DNA from: Podarcis erhardii
Lineage: Eukaryota
NCBI GenBank assembly: GCA_964252035.1
Contig: OZ176200.1
Direction: 5' to 3' (one strand)
Length of the DNA stretch: 64,000 nt
The notes beneath the pieces are model-generated. The model was not told the origin of the DNA. It made no database searches and saw nothing but the letters and a program-made list of their open reading frames with translations. Below are positions 1 through 12,628 of this stretch, one piece after another; the first letter of the stretch is position 1; each line of letters begins with the position of its first letter. The position numbers and the translations under genes were made by a program.

Positions 1-392
1 CAAAATTCAGGGCCTGGGAAATAGATTACAAACGCCATTTCTTAAAAGCTGGATTGTGGCCATGGGTGGAATGCAGATCTCATTTCAGCAGGAGGAGTAT
101 TAACCCATCTCTTTAGGCTGTCCCCCCCCCTTCACTCGAAATAGGCTCCACTTCTCCTGCTTGCCTACCTGCAGGAGAAAGGATTTGAATGCCTCGTTTC
201 TTGGATGGGGTAGCAGTTAGTGAGAAAATGGTCAAAGGCAGAAAGGGGTTAAGTATACAGATAAGAAAACCTTTCCCTTGTAGACAGCAATGTGGGGCAG
301 ATGATTACCCAGTGGATTATTTTTCTGTGGAAAATGCTCTGTTTCATAAGTTAATTAGTAATGGTGAATGAATGCCAGTTGCAAATACAATA

Positions 393-618
393 CAGTGGTA
401 CCTCGGGTTACAGATGCTTCAGGTTACAGACTCCGCTAACCCAGAAATAGTACCTCGGGTTAAGATCTTTGCTTCAGGATGAGAACAGAAATCGCGTGGC
501 GGCAGCGCAGCGGCACTGGGAGGCCCCATTAACTAAAGTGGTACCTCAGGTTAAGAACTGTTTCAGGTTAAGAACAGACCTCCAGAACGAATTAAGTTCT
601 TAACCAGAGGTAACACTG
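393..618. mobile_element. Non-autonomous Tc1/mariner-superfamily (Tigger/pogo-like) MITE
   Basis: TA at 391-392, then left TIR cagtggtacctcgggtta. The right end ttaaccagaggtaacactg is its degenerate reverse complement, followed by TG (mutated TA). 226 bp, no coding capacity. Confidence 0.75.
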
Positions 619-891
619 TGTTAGGTAAGCATGGGAGTTTAGCTTCATTAACTAAATACAAGTAAAGCAAACAAGCTAAATTAGATCACTCTCTAGGGCA
701 CCAGAACAATTTCCAAAGCAAACTGAACATTTGTCAATGCAAATTAATATAGGGAAAAATTCTAGTTCAAAATTTTGTAGAAGACCATCTGCAGCTGCAT
801 TTCAGTTTTATTTTGTTTTGTTTTTAAAATCAGTTTCACATTTCCAAACATATTGGGCTTTAGTGGTGATTTTAGCCTTTTGATATACTAA

Positions 892-1240
892 GGGATGTGG
901 GTGGCACTGTGGGTTAAACCACAGAGCCTGGGACTTGCCGATCAGAAGTTCGGCGGTTCGAATCCCCGCGATGGGGTGAGCTCCCATTGCTTGGTCCCTG
1001 CTCCTGCCAACCTAGCAGTTCGAAAGCACATCAGAGTACAAGTAGATAAATAGGTACCGCTCTGGCGGGAAGGTAAACAGCATTTCCATGAGCTGCTCTG
1101 GTTTGCCAGAAGCGGCTTAGTCATGCTGGTCACATGACCTGGAAGGTTTATGCCGACTCCCTCGGCAAATAAAGCAAGATGAGCGCCGCAACCCCAGAGT
1201 CGGCCACAACTGGTCCTAATGGTCAGGGGTCCCTTTCCCT
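892..1240 (+). mobile_element. Sauria SINE (tRNA-derived), full length
   Basis: Head gggatgtgggtggcactgtggg (A-box-like) and B box ggttcgaatcc (about 955-965). Characteristic body ctgccaacctagcagttcgaaagc...gtagataaataggtaccgc and tail gcaaccccagagtcgg...ccctttccct. Confidence 0.9.
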
Positions 1241-2086
1241 ATACAAAGGTACGGTATGCTAAACACTCTGACCATTACTATGTGCGATCCTTGAGAGCTT
1301 GCTTCACGGCAAAATTTTGCAAAAGGGTAGTTAATCCTAAAAACACAGGTGCTTGTCTTTTTTTATTTATAAAAATAGTAGCCTCTTGGGTAGTGCAATA
1401 TAACAAAGGTAGAAATGCTTTCTGTTTATTGAACCTGTCAAACACAGATACCCTCAAGCTATTTCAAGGCATTCTCTGAAACAATGAAGGCTAAATATAT
1501 ATTACTTTTTCAAGCCTAGAAATACCACTACGCTTTGCAATGAAGCTGCTTGGATGCAGTCCACAGGCAGCATCACCTCTATGCCTGCTGTGTTTGGTCT
1601 TGTTTTCATTTCTCAGCTCAGCCCAAAAGTTATAAAAATTTCAGTTTGTAACAGTCCCAGCCCAAATTTCAAGTGGTGAGAGTAGAAAGTTGTAATTTTT
1701 CCCTGATCCACCCCAGAAAGAACAGGCATAGTAGCCTGAATGAGGAATATCAATTTACTCTATGTTAGAAAACATGGCTAAGCCCTAAGAAGGTCCACAC
1801 AGAGTTTCAGTTGTCATTCTAATGTGCTTATAACCCACATTTGAAGTTCTGTAGCCGTGTTGATTATGAAGACCACTATTGATAGTTTTCAGATGGTCCC
1901 ATTAACACTCTGCATAGTTATTAGCCTAATGGTGTTATAACTCCTTCTCAAATGTTGTTTCTGTATGTAGTCCTAATTATTAATTTCCTGACCCACAAGC
2001 ACTTGTGTATCACAGCCTATATATTTACAATAAAAATGACCACTAAAGACAGTCTCCAAGGTCGAATTGCTTGTAGGATGAATGTA

Positions 2087-2460
2087 ACATATTTTTCCGT
2101 GCATAACACGCCCTCCTGTATAAGACGCCCCCTATTTTGGGGGACTCAAAATTCAGAAAATGGGGGGAGATTGCTCAGAGTTGTTGAGTTTTTTTGGGGG
2201 GAGATTGCTGGAAATCGCTCACCCGCCTGACATATGCTGCCACTCGCATAAAGCCACCCATTTACCACAGCGACACCCAATCAACACCAGCCCTTGCCAC
2301 AGCCACCGGTGACACGCCAAATAGCCGTTGACAATCTCCAGCTCCCGGCAGCAACCAATCACACGTCCCCCCTATGCACTATCTGTGTATAAGACAATCA
2401 CCAAACTTTAACATAGTTTTTAAATAAAAAAAACCTCAGCTTATACACAGAAAAGTACTG
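2087..2460. mobile_element. TA-flanked DNA-transposon MITE (Tc1/mariner superfamily, Tc2-like ends)
   Basis: TA at 2085-2086 and 2461-2462. The ends acatatttttccgtgcataa and ttatacacagaaaagtactg are degenerate inverted repeats. Internal gtataagac motif recurs. Confidence 0.6.
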
Positions 2461-5189
2461 TAAGTTCCTTTCTTGGCAGACATTATTAGTATGTTGTGGA
2501 TGTTAAGTGGCTTGTTTGTAATGCAGGTCCAGTTCTGTGGAACCAGTTTTACTTGGTAAAAACATCTGGCTACAGGGACTGCTTTGCAGCATCCTAGATA
2601 TGTTTGCATAAGGATAAAAATGGTAGCACTGCATATTCACCATGTGTTATATATGTACACAGAGATAGGAAATGCATTAGCACTCAGCCTGTTAATGCTA
2701 TTGCAGCTTTTGTAAAGAGACTGCAGAGGCAGCAAAAATCCACTGCTGTTGTGGCTTGAAATTTAATGTCTTTATTAAGCATTGCAGCTCACAAGTCCAA
2801 AAGTAGAACCAGTTGAATTTCATGGACAGTAGAGCGGTGATGTTAAGCAAGTGTCTCCAAATTGTCCTAGATATAAGAGTGTTTCCAGATGCAGTCAATT
2901 CTCTTCCTTGTTGGAGCTATTTAGTTATGTGCGGGAAATTACAAATGTGCATTCAGAGACACCACTAGGAAAGGGGCAGTTTTTTCCTGCCTCACATGAG
3001 TCTAACGACCACAGATCAAGTCTGTTCCTGTCAGAATTGCTTCATCCTCATACAGTGCTATGAGTTTAGGAAAAAACCTAGCAAAGCCCCTTGAGCTGTG
3101 ACTCCCCAGTGCCTGACAACCAGATGGCTGTTTGGAGCTCAGGAAGTGTTGTGCAAGGGTCTTTGAAAGGTCAGTGGGGCAATCCACCTGCCAAGCATCT
3201 GACATCATCATGATGTCATAATGCCCCACCTACCTATCAAAGTTGGCCCATGGGGGTGGGGACAGATAAAGGTCTGGTCCACTGGGCCAAAAAGGTTCCC
3301 CAACGCTTCACTACAATGTGACAGAACGTTGGAAGGATGGGACAGAACACAGGGATCTTTCTTTTACTGGGAAGCTCAACAAAATGTTGCAGTGTATCAT
3401 CAGATGCGCTCATTTTCAGGGATCTTGATCATCTTGGAACAGCAGCCTTAGCACTGTTTGTGGCTCATGGTGGTAGTTTTTAGGAGTAGGGGAGGGGAAA
3501 ATACATACACACTACAATTGTTCACCTTTCTGAACCTCTCCCATTGTACTAGCCCCAAACCTGAAGTCTTGTTGTATAACTGGGATAGTGGGGAACAGAA
3601 AAGGTATATGTTTTCTTTCCTCCATATCAAAACCTCCCCATGTAGTGCAGAGTGGTGAGTGTTTTAATATTCAGGGTGTACATTCCTATAAGCCTAAAAA
3701 TACTATAAGTTGTTAGTGGCTCAAGCCAACCAGTTTCTTACACCCCACTTCTAATCCCTTCCTGCTCCCCCGGCTAATGGACTTTCTCATGATCCTGTGG
3801 GTTCTAGAAGCCACTGAGAATAGGCAAAAAGGGTATTTCGTTTTTCTTTTAATTTTCATTGTCATTTACAAACTATTTTTTTTCTGCATAAATAAGCAAT
3901 CCGCTACTTTATTTTTATTCCCATTTCAAAGGATGGGAAATCATCACTTGCTCCAGAGTTGTAAATTTAACATCAAATCAAATCTATAAAAAACTACAGG
4001 GGTACTTAAAACTAGATTTTGCATTGTTCAACAAGAGAAGGTCAACAATGGCTTAGTTTATCGCACATAATCTATAGTGTATCTGTTGAATAAGAAAATA
4101 GGTTTTTAGACTATGGGAATTATCTGAAATTTGGAGCTGCTCCTCTTTCTTCTGCCCATTTCAGTGTGGCAGTAATTCTGGGCACTCTTTTTATTTAAAA
4201 AACAACAACCCTATTTTTAGCCCAAAGGCTCCAAAAGCAGTAAATAGTATATCAAAACAACAAAATGACTACAAAAAAATTGCTGTGGATCGGTCAGCAA
4301 ACAAAACAATGTAAGATGCTCCTCCAGCAATTTTAAGTCATGGAGATGAGTTTTCTGTTGAACAATCAGTTAATTTTATTTTTCCAGGCACTGTACACTT
4401 GTAGTAACAAACTCTTTTTCCACAGCAGCCCACCTGTTCCATCATCTCAGAAGAGGATTTGCTATAATTTAGAGAAATGCTTAAAACTACAGTACTAGAT
4501 TACTAGATGCACGACTTGAGGGTTCTAGGGCTGCAGTCTTAAATCCACTTACAAGGAAATCAGCCCTGTTGAACCCAGTGGGATTGCTTCCAAGTAAACA
4601 TGCATAGGATTTCAGTATGGCAAACTTTGCCACAGGGATACTTACTTACAAGACCTTGAAAATGACCATCATGAATGAAGCAAGCAAGTTATATTATTCC
4701 CAGGCTGTATTGCATTACATAGCTATGACTTCTACACACTGTCAGTAAAGAACATCATCACTCTAAGGAAGCCTGACTTGTCTCATGAATTTCATGTTGG
4801 CTACTGTGTCTCGATGTTTCTAATTAAAAAGCATTGCTTTCCAAAATCACTTTCAAGCATTTGAAAATGTTGCTGCATTTCGGTACCATATCATCACTCA
4901 AGTTGACTCCTTCCTGTGGTATGACATAACTTTGCTTTTTTATCTTGACCTTCACTTTGTTTGTTGTTCTAGAGTGGGGCTGGAAAGCTGCTGATTTTAG
5001 CTCTTGCTCTGCCTAGCTGCTAAGCATTATTGCATTAGTTGTTTCTTTGTGGACGTAATCAAAATCGGCAGGGAAACCGATATCTTCAAACCACCCCACT
5101 TCCTGCTTTGTGTTCTATTTTCCTTGGAGAACAGAAATACGCAACAGAAATTGCCTAAATTTGTTTAAAACCATCCAATTTGGAGGCCA

Positions 5190-5820
5190 TCTTCTATAAT
5201 TTAATTATGCATTGTGTGAATAAGTATTTTTCTTTATCTGTCTTGAAAAAAATAATATTCAGCTTCATTGGATGTCCATGAGTTCTAGTCTTATGTGTGT
5301 GAGAGAAACTTTTCTTCATCCACTTTCTTCATACCATAAATAAATTATTTAAGTCTCTATCATGTTGCCTCTTACTCAGCTTTTCCCTAAACTAAAGAGT
5401 TCCAAATGCTATTACCTTTCCTCATAGGGGAGCCCCTTGATAATTTGGGCTGCCCTTTTCTGCATGGCCAGAATGATACCAGCTGTTTTATTTTCACTTC
5501 CTTTCCTAATGATCCCTAGCATGGCATTTGCCTTTTTCATGGCTGTGGCATTCTGAGTCAACATCTTCATGAAACCTATTCATTAGGACACCAAGGTCTC
5601 ATTCCTGGTCTGTCACCACCAGTTCAGACCCCATAAACATTTATGTGAAATTAAGATTTTTTTAACCCAACATGCATCACTTTACACTTGCATACATTGA
5701 AATGCTTTGCCATATTACTGCCCATTAGCTCAGTCTGTCTGGAGTTCTTCACAATCTTGTTTTGTTTTAATGGCCCTGAATAATTTAGTATTGGCCACCT
5801 TACTTCACTGTATTTACTGA
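5190..5820 (-). mobile_element. Degraded CR1 LINE 3' fragment (end of ORF2)
   Basis: Minus-strand translation contains HFNVCKCKVMHVG, matching the CR1 RT C-terminal motif FNxxKCKVMHxG. Flanking sequence resembles squamate CR1 3' regions. Boundaries approximate. Confidence 0.75.
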
Positions 5821-6209
5821 TCTTGATTATATACTCTTGCTTGAAATGGACACTGTCGGCTTGCTGGATCAGACTAAGATCCACCTAGTCTTAGTATTCT
5901 CTGCAAATATCCCAGCAACCAGCAGGTGCTTTGAGTTCTGCTAGAAATTAGCCAGTTGTCCACTAGTAGACTATGCACTATCTTCTACTCACTGTGACAG
6001 AAATGAAGTTTGTGTCTCGTTTTAGAGACTTTCAAAAAAGTGACTGCAGCATATACCCCATATATACTGAGAATGTTTCTCCAAGGGTTGCCACCAACTC
6101 CCCCCCCCCCTACACTTCAAGTTCTAAAGCAGTAACTCCCTGAAGATAGCCACATTTTCTCCTAAATTTGTGAGGTGGCTTAAGAGCTTTGAGGGGCAGA
6201 GAAAGAATA

Positions 6210-6454
6210 CAGTGGATGCTCGGGTTGTGAACGGGATCCGTGCGGGAAGCACGTTCGCAACCTGCAGCGCCGCGTCTGCACACGCGCAAGTTGTGATTCA
6301 GCGCTTCTGCACATGCGCAAAGCGCGATTTAGTGCTTCTGCACATGCACCAGTGCCGAAACCCAGAATTAACCCGTTCCGGCACTTCCGGGTTCAGCATG
6401 GTGCACAACCTGAAAACGCGCAACTTGAAGCGTCTGTAACCCGAGGTATGACTT
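6210..6454. mobile_element. Tc1/mariner-superfamily (Tigger-like) MITE
   Basis: TA-cagtggatgctcgggtt...gtaacccgaggtatgactt-TA. The termini are related to those of the 393-618 element. The interior is CpG-rich with repeated gcttctgcacatgc. Confidence 0.7.
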
Positions 6455-8047
6455 TATAGAAAATGGAGGCCCTCCCTACCAGATTCCACTTCCACATGCA
6501 TGTAGCTAGTCAACTGCAATAATGAATTGTTTGGGGGAAATGTCAACAGCTCTTTAATTTCCCTTCACACCAATGTGATTTGATATGGAAAAATTCCTTC
6601 CTATGTTCTCAAAGGAGAAATCTATATTTAGTGATTTAATAATCTTCACTGCGGCCTTCCACCTATAATCCCCTCAGATGAAAGGAGGATGAATCCAAAC
6701 AGCAGCCATGCAGTCTGAGAAATTAACTGCCTGTAGTTCCCTGAAGCAATTCTGTTATATCTTTAGGGAAGTCAACAAAGTACTTGAGGAAGCTTTCAGC
6801 AGTGGCAGTTCCCTTAGGCAAGGGGGGTGAACTTTATGCTACCTGACTTCTTCCACAGGGTTGAAGTTGTTGACGGTTCACAGATGCTAAGCTTCAAAGC
6901 CGTTTGCACCTTTAGCTGTTAGGGCAAGTTGCCATCCATTGGCCAGGATCCTTGGCTGTTCTAAATCTCCAGAGGAAGTACAGCAACTGAGCAGTTTTGT
7001 GTCTGGAGAATTTTCCGTATTCGTAAAGAGATTTTTCTCCTTCTTTTGGATCTCTTTGGGCTTTAAACCAAATTCACATAGCCTGCTGCTTCCTGATGTT
7101 TTTCTCCTTACTGTGGGCAACTAAAGTGATGATATAAGTTTATCCTTATCCCTCCCATTGCAAAGTGCTGGGATTCAATGTGTCAGATAATATTCTACTA
7201 ATTCAAAGCACTGCAGTACATTTGGTTATTGCAATAGCAGCAGTTTCTTCTTAGACAGGAGCTTCCCAGTGTTGTTGTAGCAGCAACACAGGATGTTAAA
7301 TGGGAAGTATCTTAACAGGATCCCCCAGATGTTGGGAGGGTTTTCACTTTTGATTGCCTAGTTTGGTGCAATGGTTGCTGTCCCATCTATGCCAATCCTG
7401 CCTCTCCATTTGGTCAGAAGCGACCATCATAGCAATTGACATACTCACGTTGTGGGATGCTAGTGATAATGTGCTGAATCAATGTGTCTGTTCATAGAAG
7501 CAGCATAATTGCTGGAGGAAGCAGCCTTTGGGAAATGCCTTCATGGGTGGATCTGCAAGCAGGCATCTGAACCTTGCTAATACAAGTAAGCAAGGTGGAC
7601 GGCCACCTGAAAGGCCATATAGAGATAAGCCTGATATCCAGTTTAAACCGTTCTTAAACCTGAGTACTGGTCTAAATGGAGCAGTTGTAAGGTGACCTCA
7701 CCTCCCCCACACCTCCAGTAGGATTACCAACTTCTTGATTAATTGGGGTTAGATGAAATAGTTTTCAGTTGAGTAAATGGTGCTGAACACATGGACAGAT
7801 TCTGCACAGCTCCATCAGACAATCACATCATTCCAGAGTGGAAAGTGTCAGGGAATTTGGATGGGACACAGTGAGAAATTGTTCTCTCACTTAATGTGTG
7901 ACCTTCTAGTAAATGGAAATCTTACTGCCTGCCTTAATGCTGCAAATTAATAGGAAGCAGCGCAGGAGAGTGTGGTCCAGTGATACAGCTCCACATGCAC
8001 ATGCAGGATTCTGCCTTTGTTTTCTACTGCAGGCAAAGTGTCATGTG

Positions 8048-8111
8048 GTTTTTTTTGTTTTGTTTTGTTTTGTTTTGTTTTGTTTTGTTTTGTTTTGTTT
8101 TGTTTTGTTTT
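8048..8111. repeat. (GTTTT)n pentanucleotide microsatellite
   Basis: Direct reading. Confidence 0.95.
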
Positions 8112-8275
8112 AAATGGACTCCCATTATAAATGAGATGTTTAATATACTGCAGATTTAAGGGACTAAAGGTGGACAGGTCATTTCAGATCCCCAATTCTT
8201 TCTGATTTGTTTTGCCTTTGATCTATCTTAGGCACTTGGTTATTTAGGCTGTCCAGTTTGTGATCCCTTTTAAAG

Positions 8276-8430
8276 AGTGATGGGGAAGGTGTGGCCCTCC
8301 AGATATCAATGATGCTGTTGGACTTCCAACTCCTATCAGTCCCAAAAATTACGGCCAATGGTTGGGATGATGAGAGTTGTGGTCTAGTAACACCATTATC
8401 TTCTGGAGGACCATATGTTCCCCACCCCTG
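8276..8430. mobile_element. Palindromic squamate hAT-like MITE
   Basis: ggggaaggtgtggccctccaga...tctggaggaccatatgttccccacccctg. Flanked by the direct repeat ccttttaaag (8266-8275 and 8431-8440), consistent with a target-site duplication. Confidence 0.7.
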
Positions 8431-9529
8431 CCTTTTAAAGAACCTAATGAACATCTTATTTATTTACTTTGTTACAACACCACCAGCAACAACTTTATGT
8501 TATTGCTTTATTCCACATAGTCTCAAAGTGGTTTACACCATAAAACAAAAAATATAAAAAATAGATACAATTAAATAAAATCACAGTGGTGGCAAGATTG
8601 GGGGAGCTCTGGGGTGGCCGCAGTTGCTCCAAAGCTCAGCTCAACTTGTCCTGTGCTTGTTCTGGTGGGTGCATTGCCTCTCTGCACCCCCACATCCCCT
8701 CACAAGCCGCTGCTGCACAGTAGCTTTCCTCCTTCATAGTTCCTGCTTTCTCCCCTTGGCCAATGGATTTTGGTATGACAGTGACGGTTCTGCCTGTGGA
8801 TTATATGTCTTATATTTGGACAGAGGATGAATCATTATGAGAAGAACTGATGAAAGCAGTTGAATGTATTCTGTGTTTACTGCTGGGGATCTGAGATCAG
8901 GGATAGATGAATTGCTTGCCATCAGAGAGGTTTTATTCGCAAGATGAGCCCCTGAATAGCCCCATGTTGACCACCAACCTTCACATTTTTGCCTGGTCCA
9001 TACTAACACAACTAGTCTTCTGGAAATTCTCTCTGCTGCACCCCCTCCCCTGCAGTGTTTACAATTTAATTTTCTTTGGATGTGCACTTGCTTGCCTAAG
9101 TGCCTGGGGGATTATACTTGTTTAGCTTGCCTGTACCTTTCGTAGGAGCACAATGGCAACAGATGCTCACTGGATCAGAAGCAAAGCTTCTGCATTTCCC
9201 TGAGCTTCTGGGGAGACTTTCTCACCAACGAATGGCTTTGGTTGTGGTGAAAGCTGGTCTTTGGTGGTGTATTATTCAGCACTGTGCATCTGAGTATCCA
9301 ACACCATTGTTTCTCTTGAGTGTCTCTTCACTGCCTTGGATAGTTTAAGTCACTTGGTTACCTCCAGTTTTTACTGCATTGCATTCATTACCAATCAAGT
9401 CAAAATTGGGCCTGTCTGATGACTAACATTCCCCAGGGTTTGTTCCTTCTGTGATCCATAAGTGACAGAGACAAGGCTTATCACAGAGAGAAACAAGCCT
9501 GGCTGTTACTTTGCCTGGAGGCAGGTTAA

Positions 9530-9790
<261 letters not shown>

Positions 9791-10510
9791 TGATGGGAGG
9801 GCAGTGGTGGGAGGGAAATAGGACTGAACTGCCCTGGGATCAGGTTTTATTAAGGGGTGATATACAAATATCCTCAGCAAATATCCAAAACTAAGTTTTT
9901 ATTGCTTAGGCCATCAACAGTGAATCAGTAAAATGTGGGGCATGCCACTGAGTATAATGAGAACACAGCATAATGACACAATCAGTTACAATATACAACA
10001 TATACCTTAATAAATTTTAGGGATTCGGAGCCCTTTCAGCAGTTCTGTTAACTGAAGTCGTTCTTTCCCTGAGTAGCTCCAGGATATATTACATCACTGG
10101 GAAGGACCTCAGCCTTGTGAGCCAAATGATGAGTTGTTCTCTTTCCATTCTCCTGATGAGAGAGAGCCTGAAATTGTATCTTTAGATATCTGTATAGGGA
10201 AGAGGAGGCTGGTAAAACAATAGCTTGCGTTCAGCTTGTGAATTATTAAACTGGATAACTAATGCAAAGAAGGGAGAAGGATTAGTTGCCCCTTATGGTG
10301 TGTTTTTTCTATGACACTTTCTTTCTATTTCCACCCCAGTTAGAAGGTCTGGCAGTGTGCCAAAGCCCTTAAGCATTAAGAACTTGTGTTCTTGCCCCAA
10401 ACAACCTTACCTACCATTGTTGTGTTGTCTCATTTCCCCCCAAGTAAATTTCAGGACAAAATCTAGAATACTGGATCTTTTCTGTTGACAGGTGTGGAAC
10501 ATAGGGGGGA

Positions 10511-10512
<2 letters not shown>

Positions 10513-10560
<48 letters not shown>
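10513..10560. repeat. (GT)24 microsatellite
   Basis: Direct reading. Confidence 0.95.
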
Positions 10561-10562
<2 letters not shown>

Positions 10563-11076
10563 GTTGGGAGAGGGGATAGCTTAATGATACTCACTATTGC
10601 ATTAACAATGAATTCTAATAATGCAGGAACTGCTTAGCACAGAGGAGTTCAGTGGGAAATTTTTGCAACCACAGAATTAAACCACCAACGCTGTTTGTTT
10701 TCAAAAACTCCAATATAAATATCCTGTTAGACAGGACTATTGTGAATAACAACCACTCATTGCTGGGACTTAGTATCTCGCTCTGCTTCTGATTGCCCAT
10801 TTGCCTCTGAATCTTTTTGTATCTTACCAGTTTCCAGTTGTACTTCAAATCCTCTGTTACTAATGTGTTAAATTAGAAGGCTGCAGAAAGATTCTCTCAC
10901 TGCAGCACAATACTGGAATTTAGTGCCTCAGTTGCAACAGAGGCTATGTGAGCAAATATATTAGCTCAGGGGATTTACATGGGCTCCATCTTCTGATAAA
11001 ATAGGAGAAGTGCAGTGGAAGTAGTTTGGGGGAGAAGAAGTGAACAGACTGCATAGATCTCTGGGTAAATGCTTTG

Positions 11077-11078
<2 letters not shown>

Positions 11079-11122
<44 letters not shown>
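11079..11122. repeat. (AT)22 tract, left flank of the Penelope-like insertion
   Basis: Direct reading. Confidence 0.95.
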
Positions 11123-11124
<2 letters not shown>

Positions 11125-11206
11125 TTTCGTAGATTTTCACGGGTACAGGAATGCAGGTTTTGGTGTCCTCGGGTGTCTTCCCGTGTAAAAGTTGGGGTGT
11201 CTAGGC

Positions 11207-11240
11207 GACGTTTCGACGAGGTCTCACTCGTCATCTTCAG
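11207..11240 (-). ncRNA. Minimal type I hammerhead ribozyme motif, left pseudo-LTR
   Basis: Exact reverse complement of 12541-12574. Confidence 0.7.
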
Positions 11241-11828
11241 GCTGGTGCTTTCGGCTTCTTGTTACTGGAACAGAGCAGGATCTCAGTGTTTGAGTTCCTA
11301 TAAATACTGTAGAGGGGGTGTGGTGTATAGCCTCCAATGTTCTGGGCAGAGAGGAAGTTCCCAGGCTAGTGTGCCTTTTCTTCTTTTGTTCCTTAATTAC
11401 TTGAGAGATATCTTGAGTGATTTCTTGAGTGATATCCTGAGTACCACTTAGGTGGGTCATTAGGTGTGGATTAGTTGTTAAAGTCTTTGTGTCTTGACCT
11501 CTTGAACTTTGTGAAGAGTTTTCCTGAGAAGATGGCTGTACTGTACTTAGTTGTGCTCTGGCTTGGCTTCGTGTATAGGGGCGAGCTGTGGTTTTGTGGC
11601 TTGTGTCAGCCAGATCTGTGTAGGGATTGCAGGGGGGTGCAGCATCCGGAGGTGCCACCATGGATTGGCTACTGGATGGTGTCTGTAATTCATCTGTGGA
11701 GAGGGTCTGGGTTTGGGTCTGGTGTGGTTGATTGGTGTTGGCGTTCTGTGTGCCTCTGGATCTGGTGTCAGTTTTTGTGGGGAGGGCTAATTTCCTCTCT
11801 TTTCTAAACTTCCTCTCTTTTCCAACAC

Positions 11829-12557
11829 ATGAAAGAAACAGGACACGAAATTAATTTTGCAGATTCCAAATTGCTCTTTAACACGGAACATCACCACAAG
11901 AGAATAATCATGGAAGCCATCGAGATAGAGAAACACCCTCACAACATGAACAAGCGTGACGACACATCCCGCTTGCCAGACATCTGGAAATTAGCCCTCC
12001 CCACAAAAACTGACACCAGATCCAGAGGCACACAGAACGCCAACACCAATCAACCACACCAGACCCAAACCCAGACCCTCTCCACAGATGAATTACAGAC
12101 ACCATCCAGTAGCCAATCCATGGTGGCACCTCCGGATGCTGCACCCCCCTGCAATCCCTACACAGATCTGGCTGACACAAGCCACAAAACCACAGCTCGC
12201 CCCTATACACGAAGCCAAGCCAGAGCACAACTAAGTACAGTACAGCCATCTTCTCAGGAAAACTCTTCACAAAGTTCAAGAGGTCAAGACACAAAGACTT
12301 TAACAACTAATCCACACCTAATGACCCACCTAAGTGGTACTCAGGATATCACTCAAGAAATCACTCAAGATATCTCTCAAGTAATTAAGGAACAAAAGAA
12401 GAAAAGGCACACTAGCCTGGGAACTTCCTCTCTGCCCAGAACATTGGAGGCTATACACCACACCCCCTCTACAGTATTTATAGGAACTCAAACACTGAGA
12501 TCCTGCTCTGTTCCAGTAACAAGAAGCCGAAAGCACCAGCCTGAAGATGACGAGTGA
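11829..12557 (+). CDS. Truncated Penelope-like ORF: C-terminal half of a GIY-YIG endonuclease plus a long low-complexity tail
   Basis: (TSSLFQH)MKETGHEINF...KRIIMEAIEIEKHPHNMNKRDD...LPDIW matches the recalled PLE endonuclease pattern H-x(4)-GH...R-x(3)-EAIEI...N...W. There is no RT domain, so the copy is non-autonomous. Confidence 0.8.
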   Translation: MKETGHEINFADSKLLFNTEHHHKRIIMEAIEIEKHPHNMNKRDDTSRLPDIWKLALPTKTDTRSRGTQNANTNQPHQTQTQTLSTDELQTPSSSQSMVAPPDAAPPCNPYTDLADTSHKTTARPYTRSQARAQLSTVQPSSQENSSQSSRGQDTKTLTTNPHLMTHLSGTQDITQEITQDISQVIKEQKKKRHTSLGTSSLPRTLEAIHHTPSTVFIGTQTLRSCSVPVTRSRKHQPEDDE

Positions 12558-12574
12558 GACCTCGTCGAAACGTC
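12541..12574 (+). ncRNA. Minimal type I hammerhead ribozyme motif, right pseudo-LTR
   Basis: CUGAAGA (CUGANGA box), extra U, stem II GACGAG/CUCGUC with loop UGAGAC, GAAA box, palindromic ACGU as stem III, and a GUC cleavage triplet ending at 12574. Stem I is only about 2 bp next to the core. Confidence 0.7.
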
Positions 12575-12625
12575 GCCTAGACACCCCAACTTTTACACGG
12601 GAAGACACCCGAGGACACCAAAACC

Positions 12626-12628
<3 letters not shown>

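Noticed and set aside
7779-7798. ggtgctgaa...ggacag, both REST/NRSE half-sites
   Set aside because: The left half-site is inverted relative to the canonical RE1 and the right half lacks its cgcc extension. Too weak without ChIP or conservation data.
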